Assembly (NCBI GenBank): GCA_951406725.2 | Contig: OX597819.1 | Coordinates: 80,476,001-80,540,000, forward strand | From: Octopus vulgaris | Taxonomy: Eukaryota | Length of the DNA stretch: 64,000 bases | Direction: 5' to 3' | Shown: in pieces, positions 41,786-56,150 of the stretch | Layout of the letters: the number at the start of each line of letters is the position of its first letter | How positions within the stretch are numbered: position 1 is the first letter of the stretch | Program-made: the position numbers and the translations under genes | Notes under the pieces: model-generated | What the model saw: the letters and a program-made list of their open reading frames with translations, nothing else | Told to the model about the DNA's origin: nothing | Database searches by the model: none

Positions 41786-42180
41786 AATGCTCTGATGCAA
41801 TCTCAGGCAGTGGCTCACATGGCTTTTGATCTTAACTGATTGGAAGTGCTATCATGTACATGTTTTGTCTGTATAAAAGATAGGCTACAGCAAATATTCT
41901 ACTCAATACCACATATTTTTTTTTTGTCAGTTTCTTGACTTTAACTAGATGAGCATGTCCCTTAGTGGCTGATGATATATGCATCTTTGATCAAGAGCAG
42001 AAGTAGTGGGTGAGCATCCCAGCCATGTGTTGAAAGAAACTCTTTCGAGTTTGAATAATTCACCTCTGGAAACATGGGTTTTTCATTCTCCTTCCTTAAA
42101 CAAACCTTATTCAGGGACCTTTTGAGCGGGATGAGCTACTCAACTCGAAGAAAATTCTTACTGCAAGGTCATGTGCCGTT
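41786..42180 (+). mobile_element. Diverged, 3'-truncated copy of the (AAT)n-associated element
   Basis: Homologous to 44399-44800. Confidence 0.8.
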
Positions 42181-42429
42181 ATAATTTCCACTTAAGTGGC
42201 AAGCAGGATATCGGCCTTTAATTGTCTACTGTATTGCCCGTTTCAATGTTTTCAAGCGCAGTACTGTCCTACCCATTGTCAACCACTCTGGTGCTACTTG
42301 GTCGGCATTTAATAAATTGTTGCGTTGTGCCTTTAGTAGAACGGATTATTATTATTGTTGTTGTTGTTGTTGTTGTTGTCATCGTCGTCGTTGTATTAAA
42401 ACTCACAGTTGATATTGCTGAGTATAATG

Positions 42430-43715
42430 GAAAGTGTCAGCTATACACAGCCAGTAGACTAAGGTGACATTTGTTTAACTGGTCATGCTTCAAGAACCCT
42501 GCGAAGAATTCTTGCATTTCCAAACAATTCTGATTTTTGTAGGTGTTCTACCTTCACACTTGCACTGATCTTTTTCGGCCATGCTGGTAGTTGAGTGCTG
42601 ATACGTCCAAGTGCACCAATTATTATTGGTATCACGTCTACTCTCCTCATTGACCACAACCTTCGTATTTCCTATTTTAAATTTTCTTAGTTGTTTATTT
42701 TTTTCTTCTTCTTTCACATTGATCCTGTTTTCACCGGGGCATGCTATGTCGATTATCATACATGTTCTTTCCTTTTTATTCGCCACAACAATGTCCGGTT
42801 TCCGATGTCTGGTAATCGCACTGGATCATTGGTGATGTCAGGTGATCGCACTGGATCATTGCATCCCACAGGATTGACTCTTTTTGGGGTTTGCTGATAT
42901 CACGTCTTTGCTCTTTGTAGGCCGTGATTTCCACAGAGTTCCCAATGAATCATTCTTGCCACATTGTCATGGCGTCTTTTCTATCCGAGTTGTGCCAATT
43001 TCCGGCATTCGCTAACGATGTGCCATACCGTTTCAACCCTCGCATTACACATTCTGCATTTGTCGCTACCAGCAATGTTGTATATTCTCCACTTCATATA
43101 ATTGGTCCTTAACGCTTGTTCCTGAGCTGCGCATATGAGTGCTTCTGTCTCTATCTTCAGATTACTCCACTTCATCCATACCTATTTCTTTACTACCCAC
43201 AAGGGGCTAAACACAGACAGGACAAGCAAGGACAGACACACGGATTAAGTCGATTATATCGACCCCAGTGCGTAACTGGTACTTATTTAATCGACCCCGA
43301 AAGGATGAAAGGCAAAGTCGACCTCAGCGGAATTTGAACTCAGAACGTAGCGGCAGATGAAATACCGCTAAGCATTTCGCCCGACATGCTAACGCTTCTG
43401 CCAGCTCACCGCCTTATTCCAATTCATCCATACCACCGGTCCTCTGCATCTGTCTTGGCGTTCCTACCTCTTGCAAACTGACATTACATTTTCTTTTCCT
43501 TCCATACCTTTTCTTTTTTTCTTTCTTTCTTTTCTTTTCTGTTCATTTCATGTTTAAACTTTTCTTTAGTTACACAATTTTCAGTTTTGATAACTCGGTC
43601 TTTGTTCTTCAACAGTGGCTCCACTGAATTTGTCAATACCACCTTAGTCTGCTTTCCTTTGTTTCGATGCAGCTCTGGCAACTGATCATGCCTCTCCCAC
43701 CCTTCCTTCTGGACA
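42430..43715 (-). mobile_element. R4/Dong-type LINE fragment (CCHC knuckle plus RLE), split by a SINE
   Basis: LKIETEALICAAQEQALRTN, DKCRMCNARVETVWHIVSECRKLA and CMIIDIACPGE. Confidence 0.9.
43178..43415 (-). mobile_element. SINE family A, full length, with TSD
   Basis: Flanked by TTACTCCACTTCATCCATA / TTATTCCAATTCATCCATA. Confidence 0.9.
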
Positions 43716-43819
43716 AGTACAGAACGTAGCGACGGGCGAAATACGGCAAAGCATTTCGTCTAGCGTGCTAACGATTCTGCCAGCTCGCCGCCTTTCTCTC
43801 ACTCAATAATAATAATAAT

Positions 43820-44035
43820 AATGCTTTCAAATTTTGGCAGAAGTCTAGCATTTCAAAGGAGGAGATAAGTTGGTTGCACACACCTCAGTGCTCAACTGGT
43901 ATATATTTTAATGACTTCGAAAGGATGAAAGGCAAAGTCGACCACGGCGGAATTTGAACTCAGAACGTAAAGACAAGCGAAATACCGCTAAGCATTTCTC
44001 CCGGCGTGCTAACGATTCTGCCAGCTCGACACCTT
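43820..44035 (-). mobile_element. SINE family A (alternative tail)
   Basis: AAAGGATGAAAGGCAAAGTCGAC...GAACTCAGAACG...CTGCCAGCTCG. Confidence 0.8.
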
Positions 44036-44075
44036 CGCTGCCTTAATAATAATAGCAACAACAACAACAACAACA

Positions 44076-44156
<81 letters not shown>

Positions 44157-44250
44157 GTAATAATAATAATAATAATAATCTTTTCTACTAAAGGCACAAG
44201 GCCTGAAATTTTAGGGGAGGGGATTAGTCTATTATATCGACCCCGATGTT

Positions 44251-44311
<61 letters not shown>

Positions 44312-44331
44312 TGATGATGATGATGATGATG

Positions 44332-44398
<67 letters not shown>

Positions 44399-44400
<2 letters not shown>

Positions 44401-44954
44401 GCCCTGATGCAGTACCAGGCAGTGGCTCTCATGGCTTCTGATCTTAACTGATTGGAGGTGTTATCATGTACATTGTTTTGTCTTGGTATAAAAGATGGGC
44501 TACAGCAAATATTCTGCTCAATACCACAGATTTGCTTGTCAGTTGTTTGACCTTAACCAGTTGAGCATGTCCCTTAGTGGCTGACGATATGTGCATCTCT
44601 GATCACGAGCAGAAGTAGTGGGGGAGCATCATAGCCATGTGTTGAGAAGGATTCTTTGGGGTTTGAATAATTCACCTCTGGAAACATGGGTGTTTCGTTC
44701 AACGTCCTTAAACAACCCTTATTCAGGGACCTTTTGAGCGGGATGGGTTACTCGATCTGAAGAAAATTCTAACTGGGCTCCACCTGCAAGGTCATGTGCT
44801 GTTTATCTTCATATGAGATCATCATGTCGCGCACATATGGTTGTGATGCATGTGCCTGGTGTACCCTTATCAGACGGGTAGTCATGATGGGTATACTGGG
44901 CTTCGTATATTTTACCCCAGTGTCACTTTGATGGCATGCTCTGCTCGCTCACTC
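44399..44954 (+). mobile_element. Non-coding ~555-bp element flanked by (AAT)n, copy 1
   Basis: Highly similar to 44980-45506. Ends CTCACTC(AAT)n. Confidence 0.85.
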
Positions 44955-44979
44955 AATAATAATAATAATAATAATAATA

Positions 44980-45506
44980 CTCATGGCTTCTGATCTTAAC
45001 TGATTGGAAGCGTTATCATGTACATTGTTTTGTCTTGGTATAAAAGATGGGCTACAACAAATATTCTGCTCAATACCACAGATTTGCTTGTCAGTTGTTT
45101 GACCTTAACCAGTTGAGCATGTCCCTTAGTGGCTGACGATATGTGCATCTCTGATCACGAGCAGAAGTAGTGGGGGAGCATCATAGCCATGTTTTGAGAG
45201 GGATTCTTTGGGGTTTGAATAATTCACCTCTGGAAACATTGGTGATTTTTTCAACATCCTTAAACAACCCTTATTCAGGGACCGTTTGAGCGGGATGGGC
45301 TACTCAACCTGAAGAAAATTCTAACTGGGCCCCACCTGCAAGGTCATGTGCAGTTTATCTTGATATGAGATCAGCATGTCGCGCACATATGGTTGTGATG
45401 CATGTGCCTGGTGTGCCCTTATCAGACGGGTAGTCATGATGGGTATATTGGGCTACGTATATTTTACCCCAGTGTCACTTTGATGGCATGAACTGCTCTC
45501 TCACTC
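44980..45506 (+). mobile_element. Non-coding (AAT)n-flanked element, copy 2 (5'-truncated by ~30 bp)
   Basis: Direct repeat of 44428-44954, separated by (AAT)n. Confidence 0.85.
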
Positions 45507-46059
45507 AATAATAATAATAATAATAACAATAATAAGATGAAGAAGAAGAAGAAGAAGAAGAAGAAGAAGAAGAAGAAGAAGAAGAAGAAGAAGAAGAAGA
45601 AGAAGAAGAAGAAGAAGAAGAAGAAGAAGAAGAATCCTTTGTAGTTTTGATACAAGGCCAGTAATTTTAGGCGGAAGGAGGGGTCTTTTATACTGACCCC
45701 AGTACATGACAGGTGCTTAATTTTATTGATCTCAGATCGTAAAGAGCCAAAAGAAATACCAATCGGCAATATACAAATTTGGCGTTTAGGAGTAATCGAT
45801 TACATCGATCCCAGGGTTTGAAAAAAAAGAACTTTTGACCGATACTCAACCGATTCTGTCAACCGATTGCCTTAGAATGCATTATCACTTAACCACAAAA
45901 ACAAGGGATTTTGAAGTAAAGGTTTTTGCTATTAAATTGACCTTAGTTTGACTGATATTTTATCTTCTCGATCAATGCAGATGAACGCCAGAATTAGCTT
46001 TGGCAGGACTTGAACTCAGAACATAAAGAACACACTGTAAGGCCTTTTGTTCTGTTTAA

Positions 46060-46270
46060 TTCTGACACAGGGAACAGCAGTTTTTTGAATAGAGTGAGGA
46101 AGTCGATTACGTCGACCCACAGTACTTGACTAGTATTTATTTTATCAACCCCCAAACGATAAAAGGCAAAGTCCACCTCGATGAAATTCGAACTCAGAAT
46201 GTAAAGACGGACGAAATGTCGCTAAGCATTTTTCGCGGCACGCTTAACCATTCTGCCAGCTCGTCGCCTT
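46060..46270 (-). mobile_element. SINE family A, diverged
   Basis: Core and tRNA head are recognisable. Confidence 0.7.
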
Positions 46271-46776
46271 TTCCCCTTTTAATAATGAGAAGAGTTGCCA
46301 GCATTAGCATTCTACCTACGTCCGAAACAGTTATTTATATTTATATTTCTCCTTCACACGCCATCTTTATCATCATAAAAATCATCATCATAATCATTAT
46401 CATAATCGTCGTCGTCGTCATTGTCATCGTCGACATCATCATTATCATCATCAGTAGTAACAACATTTATTATTGTTGTTGTTGTTATAGAAGAAGGAGG
46501 AGGGGGAGCAGAAGAAGAAGAAGAAGAAGAAGAGATAACATGGTAGATAAAATATGACTTCAGGGAAAATGAGAGGAATGTAAAGCAAGACTGGAAGAGA
46601 ACGAGAGGGAGGAAGAGAACGAGAGGGAGGAAGAGGAGAGAGGAGGAGGAGGGAGAGGAAAGGAAGGGGGGAGGAAAGAATATTGTTTGTGACATACATG
46701 CATAAACATGCATACATCTACACAGACTTATATCACATACACGGGCGCGCGTATGCATGACTAAATACACACGCTT

Positions 46777-46858
<82 letters not shown>

Positions 46859-46928
46859 GTGTATCTGCGCGTGTGTGTAGATCGTATGTATGCATATTGG
46901 TATTTTTGAATGTATGTATATATGTATG

Positions 46929-46962
<34 letters not shown>

Positions 46963-47408
46963 TGTATGTATGTATGGATGGATGTACGTATGTATGGATG
47001 TGCATAAACAGAACTGCTGATGATAAATAAGAACAAAAAGTAAAAAGAAATGCACGTTGATATACAAGAGTGCGGATGGCTAACATAAAGAGAGATAGAG
47101 AGAGAGACAGAGACAGAGCCAGACAGACAGACAGAGAGCTGCTTGGTAATGCAGGATAAAGAGTGAGCAAAGAAGTTGAAGTGAAAAAAGAGAAGGAGGA
47201 GGATGAAGGAATCAGTAAAAGATGGGGAAATTGAATGGGCAAGCCCCTGGAGAGATGCCGTATTCGTCGTGTAATATGGCTCTAGGCTAAAATCAGGTTC
47301 CTGTCTCATCAACTTCTTGGACTCGACTTGATCTGGCAACATTATTCCCCTATTGACACCAAAATCATCGCCCTCAACACCACAACAATAACAACAACGA
47401 CAACGATA

Positions 47409-47454
<46 letters not shown>

Positions 47455-48551
47455 TAATAACGACCATAACTACAGCTTTCTAACGATCAGCAGCAGCACC
47501 TAACAACAAACACCAACAAGAACAGTAATTCTAACTACACCTCCTCCAAACATCCATAATATCAACAACAATAATAGTAACAGGAACTCGGACACTATCA
47601 GCACCGCCAATACCAGCGCTAACGTCCACAAGGAACTCCGACGTAGTTGTTTGAACTGTTAAAAATAACAGCCAATTCTGCTTCAAATAACACCCTGGCA
47701 ATCTATAAGATGTGATGATAAAAAAACAGAATGTGTTGAATAATGGGCTCCTAGAAGCATTATTACAGGGAAAAGTAATTGGGTGGTCACGGATGGAGTG
47801 CTTTAGAGTACAAGTTTGTTTGATCAGGGCTAACCTAAGGCTAAACAAGAACCACTTCAGAAGCTAACAACACCTTAAACTTAACTAGTCACTACAGTAA
47901 TAATGCAAACCAGTGAATGAGTGGGTGTGTGTGAAACAGGATATCAAGTAGTAATGCAGTACGACTGTTTCAAGCGACTCTATTTAATTGAACAATGCAA
48001 TCGTGGTAACTTCCTGACTTTATGGTCTTATACATACACACGTGCGCACACACGCACGCACGCACACATAATATCCAGGATTTGAGAGAACCAGGTATTT
48101 AAATAGTGAAATCACTAAGATCGGGTCGGTGATAGCGCGACTGTGTACATACATTGTATAACGACGAACACGTACTCACTAAAGTCAATACATATTCGTT
48201 CCTCCAGTTATGCATACCTAAATGGATCGGAAGAGTCATCTGGAACTATTTTCTTTTTCTTGAGAAGTTATAAATGTTAATTTTTACCTGTATTTACCTA
48301 ATGAAAACAGTTTGTTTCTTTTTTGCATGATGTAACACTTCGGTTCTTCAATAAAAAAAAACAGACCTGAAACAGCTGTAGTGAACCACAATTCATATAT
48401 TGTTATTATCATTATTGTATTTACATTATTATATACATATGTGTGTATGTGTGAGTCTGTGCCTGTGTGTGTGTCTGTGCCTGTGTGTGTGTCTGTGCCT
48501 GTGTGTGTGTCTGTGCCTGTGTGTGTGTGTATGTATGTACGTAAGTATATA

Positions 48552-48989
48552 CAGGTCGTCGTCCACTTACGACTGATCGACATTACGACGATTGATGCGC
48601 CAGCTCCCGGCAGCAATAATAAGTAGTTCAATTGAAATCTAATGGGTTTAATTTCTTAGAAATTGACCCGTCTACGAGTGATGTCAGCTAACAAACACTT
48701 CCCTTAGGTTTGGTTATCTATCGCTGCTGTGATTATCCCAAGTGTTGAATGAATGTCCTGTCCCGGAGACATCGAGGCAACCTTGTATTTGTTTATAAGA
48801 CGACTGCTTGAGACTCCGAATTTTTTGACTAACGCCAGTATAATAGTATAATGCAGAATGCTGTGTTGACTTTTATCCGAGAATGTACCTTAAGAATGTA
48901 AAAATATGAAACAAAAATATGTAGACCCATAGGCCGACATCCGATCAGTCAGTCGGAACCAATTTTGGTCGTAAGTCGACGACGAACTG
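48552..48989. mobile_element. Tigger/pogo-like MITE with TA TSD
   Basis: TA|CAGGTCGTCGTCCACTTACGAC ... GTCGTAAGTCGACGACGAACTG|TA. Confidence 0.85.
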
Positions 48990-49789
48990 TATGTGTGTGT
49001 GTGTACACACATACACACATACTATTATCGAACGGTGAGAATAAGTGCTCAAAGCCGCATTGGTGGATATCCAAACACAAAAATAGTATATGGATGTATG
49101 TGTGTGTGTGTGTGTGTGTGTATTGTTTGCTGTAAATACATTGAGATAGAATATTCTGATATGTAACGGGAAGTATTAAGACAATAGTATGTTTTTGTCT
49201 ATAATCTTGTCATGATTGTTGTTGTTGTTGCTGTTGTTGTTACTGTTATAGATGTATTTGTTATTTGCTTATTAATCTTGATAAAGTTGTTCTTTGTGAT
49301 GGTGTATTTGGTGATTGGGTCTGAAGTATCCTACAGTCATATATAAAGATACAAAGTGTTCGGACTAAATTTGACAGTTTGCACAAAAGGATAAGAAAAC
49401 AATATGCCATCCCAAATTAAAAGTATTTTTAAAAAAATAATCAGTTAGATCATAGGTTCTAAAAGTGGGAGCTACCAGCCCCCAGTGAGCGTTGAGAGGG
49501 TCCAGGTGTGTGCTGGTGTCTAAAGGGGCAATGCGGGGGCGGTAGAGAAAAAGGAGGCATTGGGAGAAAGGCAGTGGATTAGGGGATGCTATGAATTTGT
49601 AATATTATTATAGTGTTGCATACAAATTATATAATATTATATTAAATATCAAATGATTCATAGTATATATAAATTAGTAAAATATAATATATTTATATAC
49701 ACATAAAAATAAGGGTAGGGCGCTGAGGGTATTATGTGACCATAAGAGGGGCGTTGGTCCCAAAAGTTTGAGAAACTCTGAGCTCGATT

Positions 49790-50530
49790 AAGGCCTCTGT
49801 CAGCTTCCACCACGGCCTCAAGACGGTTCCTGAACCTGATACATGTGTTCCTCACTGCATCCTGAAAAGATCTTCGAACACCTCCTTGATCTTGGTCACC
49901 AGTTCGGCCTTGGTGTTACAGGCAAGGCGGTTGGTGTCTTTCTCAACCGCGCCCCGCAAATAGTAATCCATGAGATTACAACCAGGGGATTAGGAGGCCA
50001 TAAATTGGGGCTGATCAAGTTGTAGAATTTCTTCTACAACCGCTTCTGACTCTTTCTGGAGGTATAGCAAGGAGCCGAATCCTGAGTTCCACACATATGA
50101 CCTTCCAAGAGATTGACCTCAGTCTCCAGCAGCTTCACATAGCCTCCTAAATTGAGCCTAAGACCCAGTTCAAAGATGTGCGGCGCACAGTGTCACCATC
50201 ACTGCAGACACGCCCCAAAACCATCGCAGTTTACGGGGACTTGGTTTGCAGGATGTCCATGTTATGTCTTAAAGCCTTTACAGGTTTCACAAAGCATTAA
50301 GCTGCCGCCATGATGTTGGCATTTTCGTAACCTGCGCGAAACATCATGATACAGGCAACCCTTTTCCAATATCCGGTTGGCTTCCAATCCCTCATGTAAG
50401 CTAGCTTTTTCTCATCCACAACCTTAACCTTTATGCTCTCCAACACCGTTGACTGTACACCAATGCATCAAACCCTTCATGAAAACAAGGAAACAAGAAA
50501 AAAACGTCAAATTTAGCTCGAGGACCCAGC
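49790..50530 (-). mobile_element. Tc1/mariner-superfamily (DD37D-like) transposase relic
   Basis: ISPNLWPPN...MDYY..GAVEKDTNRLACNTKAEL and CIRFRNRLEAVVEAD, similar to the 34473 element. Confidence 0.75.
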
Positions 50531-51304
50531 ATATTGCATGGTGGTGGTTGTGGTGGGGGCTTCTTTGTTAGATGAGGTGGTGGTGTCGATGGCGGCAGTG
50601 GTGGAGATAATGTGAAGGCGATGGTTTTGGTAATGACAATGACAGTGATGATGATGCTGATGATGATGATGATGATTGTCAAGGTGATGGTAGTTGATTA
50701 TGTTATTGCAACGATTATAGAAGTAGTGGTGATGTAGTATGAGTCTTGATGGTGTAATGGTGGCCATGGTGGTGGTGGTGGTGGTGGTGGTGGTATAAGT
50801 GGTGCTACTGCTGATTCGGATAACCGATGGTAGTATTTGTGGTGGTAGTGATAGCTTTATTTAAAAATGGTGATTGTACGTTGGCGATGATGGCATTATT
50901 TATAAAGATCTTCCTTTATCTTAATAGAGGAGATGCTGGCGATATTATTTGTGGTGATGGTCGTGGCAGTAATATTTTCACAGTGGTGATTTAATATGTT
51001 TCTTTCATTGAAAGGATTGATTAGATGGTAATGTCTGCTGACGGCGGTGGTGACGGCTATGATGATGGTGGTGGTGGTGGTGGTGGTTGTCGACTAGTGT
51101 TGCGTATGATTGTTTCTGATCCATGCAATAAAAATCTTAGATCTTCACTATTGAAATATTAATTATTAAACTATTTCATGTCATAAATTCCTTTAGTTTT
51201 CTTCTTTAAACCGGGGGAAAATGATTTAAATTGTCAACAACAACAAAGAAGATGACGACGATGACTACGACAACAACAACAACACCAACAATAATAATAA
51301 TAAT

Positions 51305-51478
51305 AATCCTTTCTACTATAGGCACAAAGCCTGAAATATGGGGTATGAAGATAGATGATTGCTTCGACCGCAGTACTCAACTGGTACTTATTTTATCGAC
51401 TCCGAAAGGATGAAAGGCAAAGTCGACTTCGGCGGAATTTGAACTCAGAACGTAAAGACGGACGAAATGCCGCTAAGA
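51305..51478 (-). mobile_element. SINE family A (alternative tail), head lost
   Basis: Core present. Truncated at the junction with an RTE fragment. Confidence 0.8.
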
Positions 51479-51810
51479 TGGCCCGAACACATAAGCAATA
51501 TGGAGCTATGGCAAAGAACAAATCAAGTGTCGATTAGGGAGCAAATATTTAAGAAAAAGTGGAAGTGGATTGGTAGCACAATTAGAAAAGACACACCAAA
51601 TGTAGCGATAAGTGCTTTACAGTGGAATCCGGATGGATATAGAAAGAGATGTAGGCCTAAGAACTCGTGGCGTAGATCAACACAAAAGGAACTAGAGAAA
51701 GGGGGACATTCATGGCAGAGTATAAGTACAGAAGCGAAAAATTATGTGACATGGAATTCAATTATAAGTGGCCTATACTCCGCGTTGGAGGGTTAAAGGC
51801 AGAAAAAAAA
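51477..51810 (+). mobile_element. RTE-clade LINE 3' end
   Basis: WPEHISNMELWQRTNQ..IREQI..KKWKWIG..IRK....ALQWNPDGYRKRCRPKNSWRR. Confidence 0.85.
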
Positions 51811-52337
51811 ATAGCTTCATTTAATTTCGAAAAGGAATAATCTAGTGTGTTTAGTTTAATGGCCTCGCAATGTATACAGGGAATTTTTTTGCCCTAGGTG
51901 TCGGGAAGACACTTTGTAAGAAATGGAAACTGAATTGTAAGAAGTAGAAAAACTAAATGATAATAATATTTCTAAATACAAGAGTATTTATCTTTTATCT
52001 TTTAGCCTTTACTAGTTTCAGTCATTGGAGAGCGGCCACGCTAGGTCATCGCCTTGAAGGGTTTAGTTGGTCAAATTGACCGCAGTTACATCAGAGTTTC
52101 TTTTTTCTTTATTAAAAGCCTGGTACTTATTCTATTAGTCATATTTGCCGAACCACTAAATTACGAGAACGTAAACAAAACAACACCGGTTTTCAATTTG
52201 TTGGGACAAACACAAGTACAAGCTTACATATTCATATACGTATGACCGCAGCTTTGAAGCTGAAATATTTTTGAACATTTAAAGATTTAAAGATATGCAT
52301 GCATATACATCTATATGCATGTATGCCCATGTGTGTG

Positions 52338-52390
<53 letters not shown>

Positions 52391-53589
52391 ATGCGGGCTT
52401 TAGGTTAGGTAAAATGTTTGACATATTTCAACTTCTAAAGACATAGGGAGAAAAAAAATTGTCTCTTAAGGAGTAAAAAATTATATCTACCCAGTCTTGC
52501 TCTTTATTGGGTTTCCAAACGCACAGAATGCCTGGCTTTTTAGCCTTCATCAATGGTAAATACCAAAGCGAAGTAACTCTGGGTAGATTTAAAGCTTTAA
52601 AACACAGTCAATAACATTGACTAAGTTGGGCGATTAGGCCACCAGGTCGGAAGAAATTCAGCAGTATCAACGACAAGCGAACTTTATGTTAGTTAAAATA
52701 TGTTTGACTGCTTGGCAGTGACACAGTTGAATTTATCCGATATTTAGAACACCTTTGGTCAAATGTCTACTGAATCAAGGTTCACCTGAAGCTAAAGGAC
52801 ATTGAGTGTAGGGTTAGGAGTAAGCAGATTTTCATGCTAGGAATATTTTGAATTATAGGTTTGTTGAATAGGGGTTAATATAGAGCTGAAGTACAATAAA
52901 ATAACACAGTGGTATCAGCGCTAAACAGTGATAAGATATAAACATATGTTAGGCTAGTTAAAATATGTTTGTGACATAATTTAAGTTCTAAAGGTTAAGT
53001 TCTAATTTAAGTTCTGCAGTTAACTTGGAGAAAAAAAAATTCTTACTTATAATAAAATGTGTAAAAACACCTTGTAACATGAAATAATTTTTTCTCCCAG
53101 ATAACTATAGTGAATTTGCCTTTAGAATTGAAATATGTCGCAAGCATATTTTAACTATAATAGCAATTTTACCTTCCAAACAAAGTTGACAGAGTGCAAA
53201 TTCCTCACTCACTCAAGTAAGTTCAAATGTACCATACAACTCTAACCCAGACTAAATCACTGCATATTAGGGTGTACTGTATATTCCTCAATCTGAAGCG
53301 GATCCTGTTATATCCATGCTGCAAGATCTACAGAAAACAACTACACGTTCTGTTGAAGTTTGTTCCAAAGAATTGCTCACACAGTAACAAAATCACTTTA
53401 GCATGTCTTCTGTTGAGAGATAGGAATTATAGAGGATAAGAAAACAAAAGTATTTTCAAAGTCTGTTCGTCTTTTCATCAGCCTTAATAGATAGCGAGAG
53501 GTGGATACGGTTACCAATGGAAAACATTAGCTCGCGTTCTACAAGCAGTGATGGAAGTGTGACTATGAGGAGGCCGGTTATTTTCGTTC

Positions 53590-54170
53590 ATAGGCGTCAC
53601 ATCATTTTTCGATCTCTATTTCTAAGCCTTTGTGTTTGCTTAGATTTTCAAATTGTTTTACTGCTATGTTTTTATCTGATGAAATAGCCGTATCAGTTAA
53701 TTTGCAGGTTCTATCCTTAATGATGATATCTGGGTTTGTTTTGCTTAAAATCTCCTGTCTCTGCTAACTTTGAAATATCAACGTATTATTTCTTTCCATT
53801 TCTGACACTGGGTGATATTTATATCAGTTCATGGCTAGTTTTTTTTGGGGGGGGTTTGTAATGGTTGCATAGTTTCCAGTGCAAATATTGGCTTACTTTG
53901 TCATTGTGGTTCTTATACTTACTGGTTGGTTAGCAAGTGTTTGGTGTCAGTAGAGGACTCGCTGAATTTAGATGGCTTCTTGCTTCGTCACATCGGCCAC
54001 ATAATCTGCATTTTGGCTCTGAATAATTTTGAAGATATGGCCTTAGTTTATCATGTTAAACAAACTTTAGTCTTGTTCTGCCTGTATGAATCCTTCTATC
54101 CCTCCTTTTACTCATGAACTCTTTAGTTACTGATCGGCTGTTTTCTGGTTAACATCGGCATTTTTCTTCA
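53590..54170 (-). mobile_element. Old R4/Dong-type LINE fragment
   Basis: Minus-strand pieces KCRLCGRCDE..SHL, HNDKVSQYLHWKLC, and PDIIIKDR..KLTDTAISSDKNI..KQFENLSKHKGLEIEIEK. Confidence 0.75.
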
Positions 54171-54495
54171 GAGTACACACTCTATGCCTTTGGATTCTTT
54201 ACGTTTTGAGTTCAACTTCTGTCGAGGACAATATTAACTTTCCCTTTCATCCTCGCACGGTCGATAAAAATAAAGTAACAATCAAGTACTAGGGTCGATA
54301 AAATAGAGTACTAATCAAGTACTAGAGGGAGGAAGGGAAAAAGAAGGCAGAAAAGCAGGAAAGAATAAGAGAAGGAAAGAAAGAAAATAGGAAGGAAAGA
54401 AAGAAAGAAGGCATGAAGGAAAGAAGGCATGAAGGAAAGAAGGAAGGAAGGAAGGAAGGAAGGAAGGAAGGAAGGAAGGAAGGAAGGAAAGAAGG

Positions 54496-54529
<34 letters not shown>

Positions 54530-55494
54530 TAAAGAAAGCAAGTAAGCAAGTAAGCTTGGAAGCAAACAACCAAGCAAGTAAAGAAGCTGCAAGAAAGAAA
54601 GAAAGAAACAAACAAACAAACAAACAAAGGAAGAAAGAAAAGACAAAAACCGATAAAGTATCGATAATAGTGATAGCGTTTCAAATTTTTGCCATTACTA
54701 TTGATGCTGTTGTTGCTGCTGCAACTGATGTGGATGATGTTTCAGAAATATTTGGTTTTAGTAATGAGTTAATTTGGCGGGGTTTCTCTCCAGAAACCTA
54801 GGAAACTTTAGTATCCAAAAGTCATTTTACGAAGAAATTGTACTTTTAGCAACAACACATCTGTTTGATAAACTTACACACTTCTTCACATCCCTCCTTT
54901 AGAAGCGGCACTAGAGCGCTTCACCGACACTCACTCACTCATCTTTCCTTTCCTCTTCACTCCACAAACACACTTACACTCACACACACACACACAAGCG
55001 CACACATAAGCGCACGCCCTCGGACATACACTAAAATACAAACACACACGTCATTAATACAACGCTAGCAGACTTTGGGAATTGTGAAATCAAGACTAGT
55101 TAATATTCAGAGTGATAAAAAAATAACTACAACAATACCACCAAAAGCCATGAATAAATTATAATATCTAAGACTCGAGATCTTCATTGTTATTTAGTGA
55201 AGAATCACAGACTGTAGAGAAAGGTAAAAGAAAAAAAAAACTTCTCAGACTATATAATTAACGATGACAATAGAAATTCATAATTAGAATGATAAAAAAA
55301 GTGATAAATTAAAACAATTATTATTATTATTACTTTTTTTTATATTTTTGTTGTTTAGGCTGTGCTTCTTAATTTTAAATTATTGTGCTTATTATCCTTG
55401 TTAATCCGCTAAAAACCAATGATAATAAATTCGATTCTAATATAGGCACAAGGCTAAGACTTTTGAGGGCGGGAGTGGAGTTGATTTTGACTCG

Positions 55495-56150
55495 AGACCA
55501 ATGTATTTTGAACGAAAATAAATGTGTTTTGACAGAAGACTAATGTATTTTGATAGAAGGTTAATGTATATTTTGACAAGAGGTTTATGTATTTGGACTG
55601 CTTTATGTTATCGTATGGTAAAGCGAATCCAATATATTTTGACTGAAAAACAGATGTATTTTGACTGTACAACAAATGTACATTGGCTGAAAGCAATGGA
55701 TTTATCAAAATATATTTTCGTTGAAAATATATTTTAACTAAAAAACTGGAGTATTTCGACTGAATACCAATGTATTTCAATGAATGCCAATGAACTTTGA
55801 TTGAGTACTAATATGTATTGACTGAAGATTAATATGTTTTGATTGACGATGAGAAAACCAATGTATTTTGATTAAATATCAATGTTTTTGATTAAATACC
55901 ACTGTATTTTGATTAGAGATCAGTGTATTTTGATTGAAGACCAATACATTATAATTGAAAAACCAAAGATTATACATGAAGTCTAATGTAATTTGATTGT
56001 TAACTTAGTATTTTGAATGGAGATGAAAGTTGACTTAATACCAACGTATTTTGAATGGAAACTAAAGTATTTGATTGAATACAAATGTATTTTCAATGAA
56101 GACCAGCATATTTTCATTCAAGACTAATTTTCAATAAAACCTGTATATAT
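55495..56150. repeat. Degenerate ~21-bp minisatellite
   Basis: Recurrent units like ATGTATTTTGATTGAA(G/A)ACCA. Confidence 0.75.
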
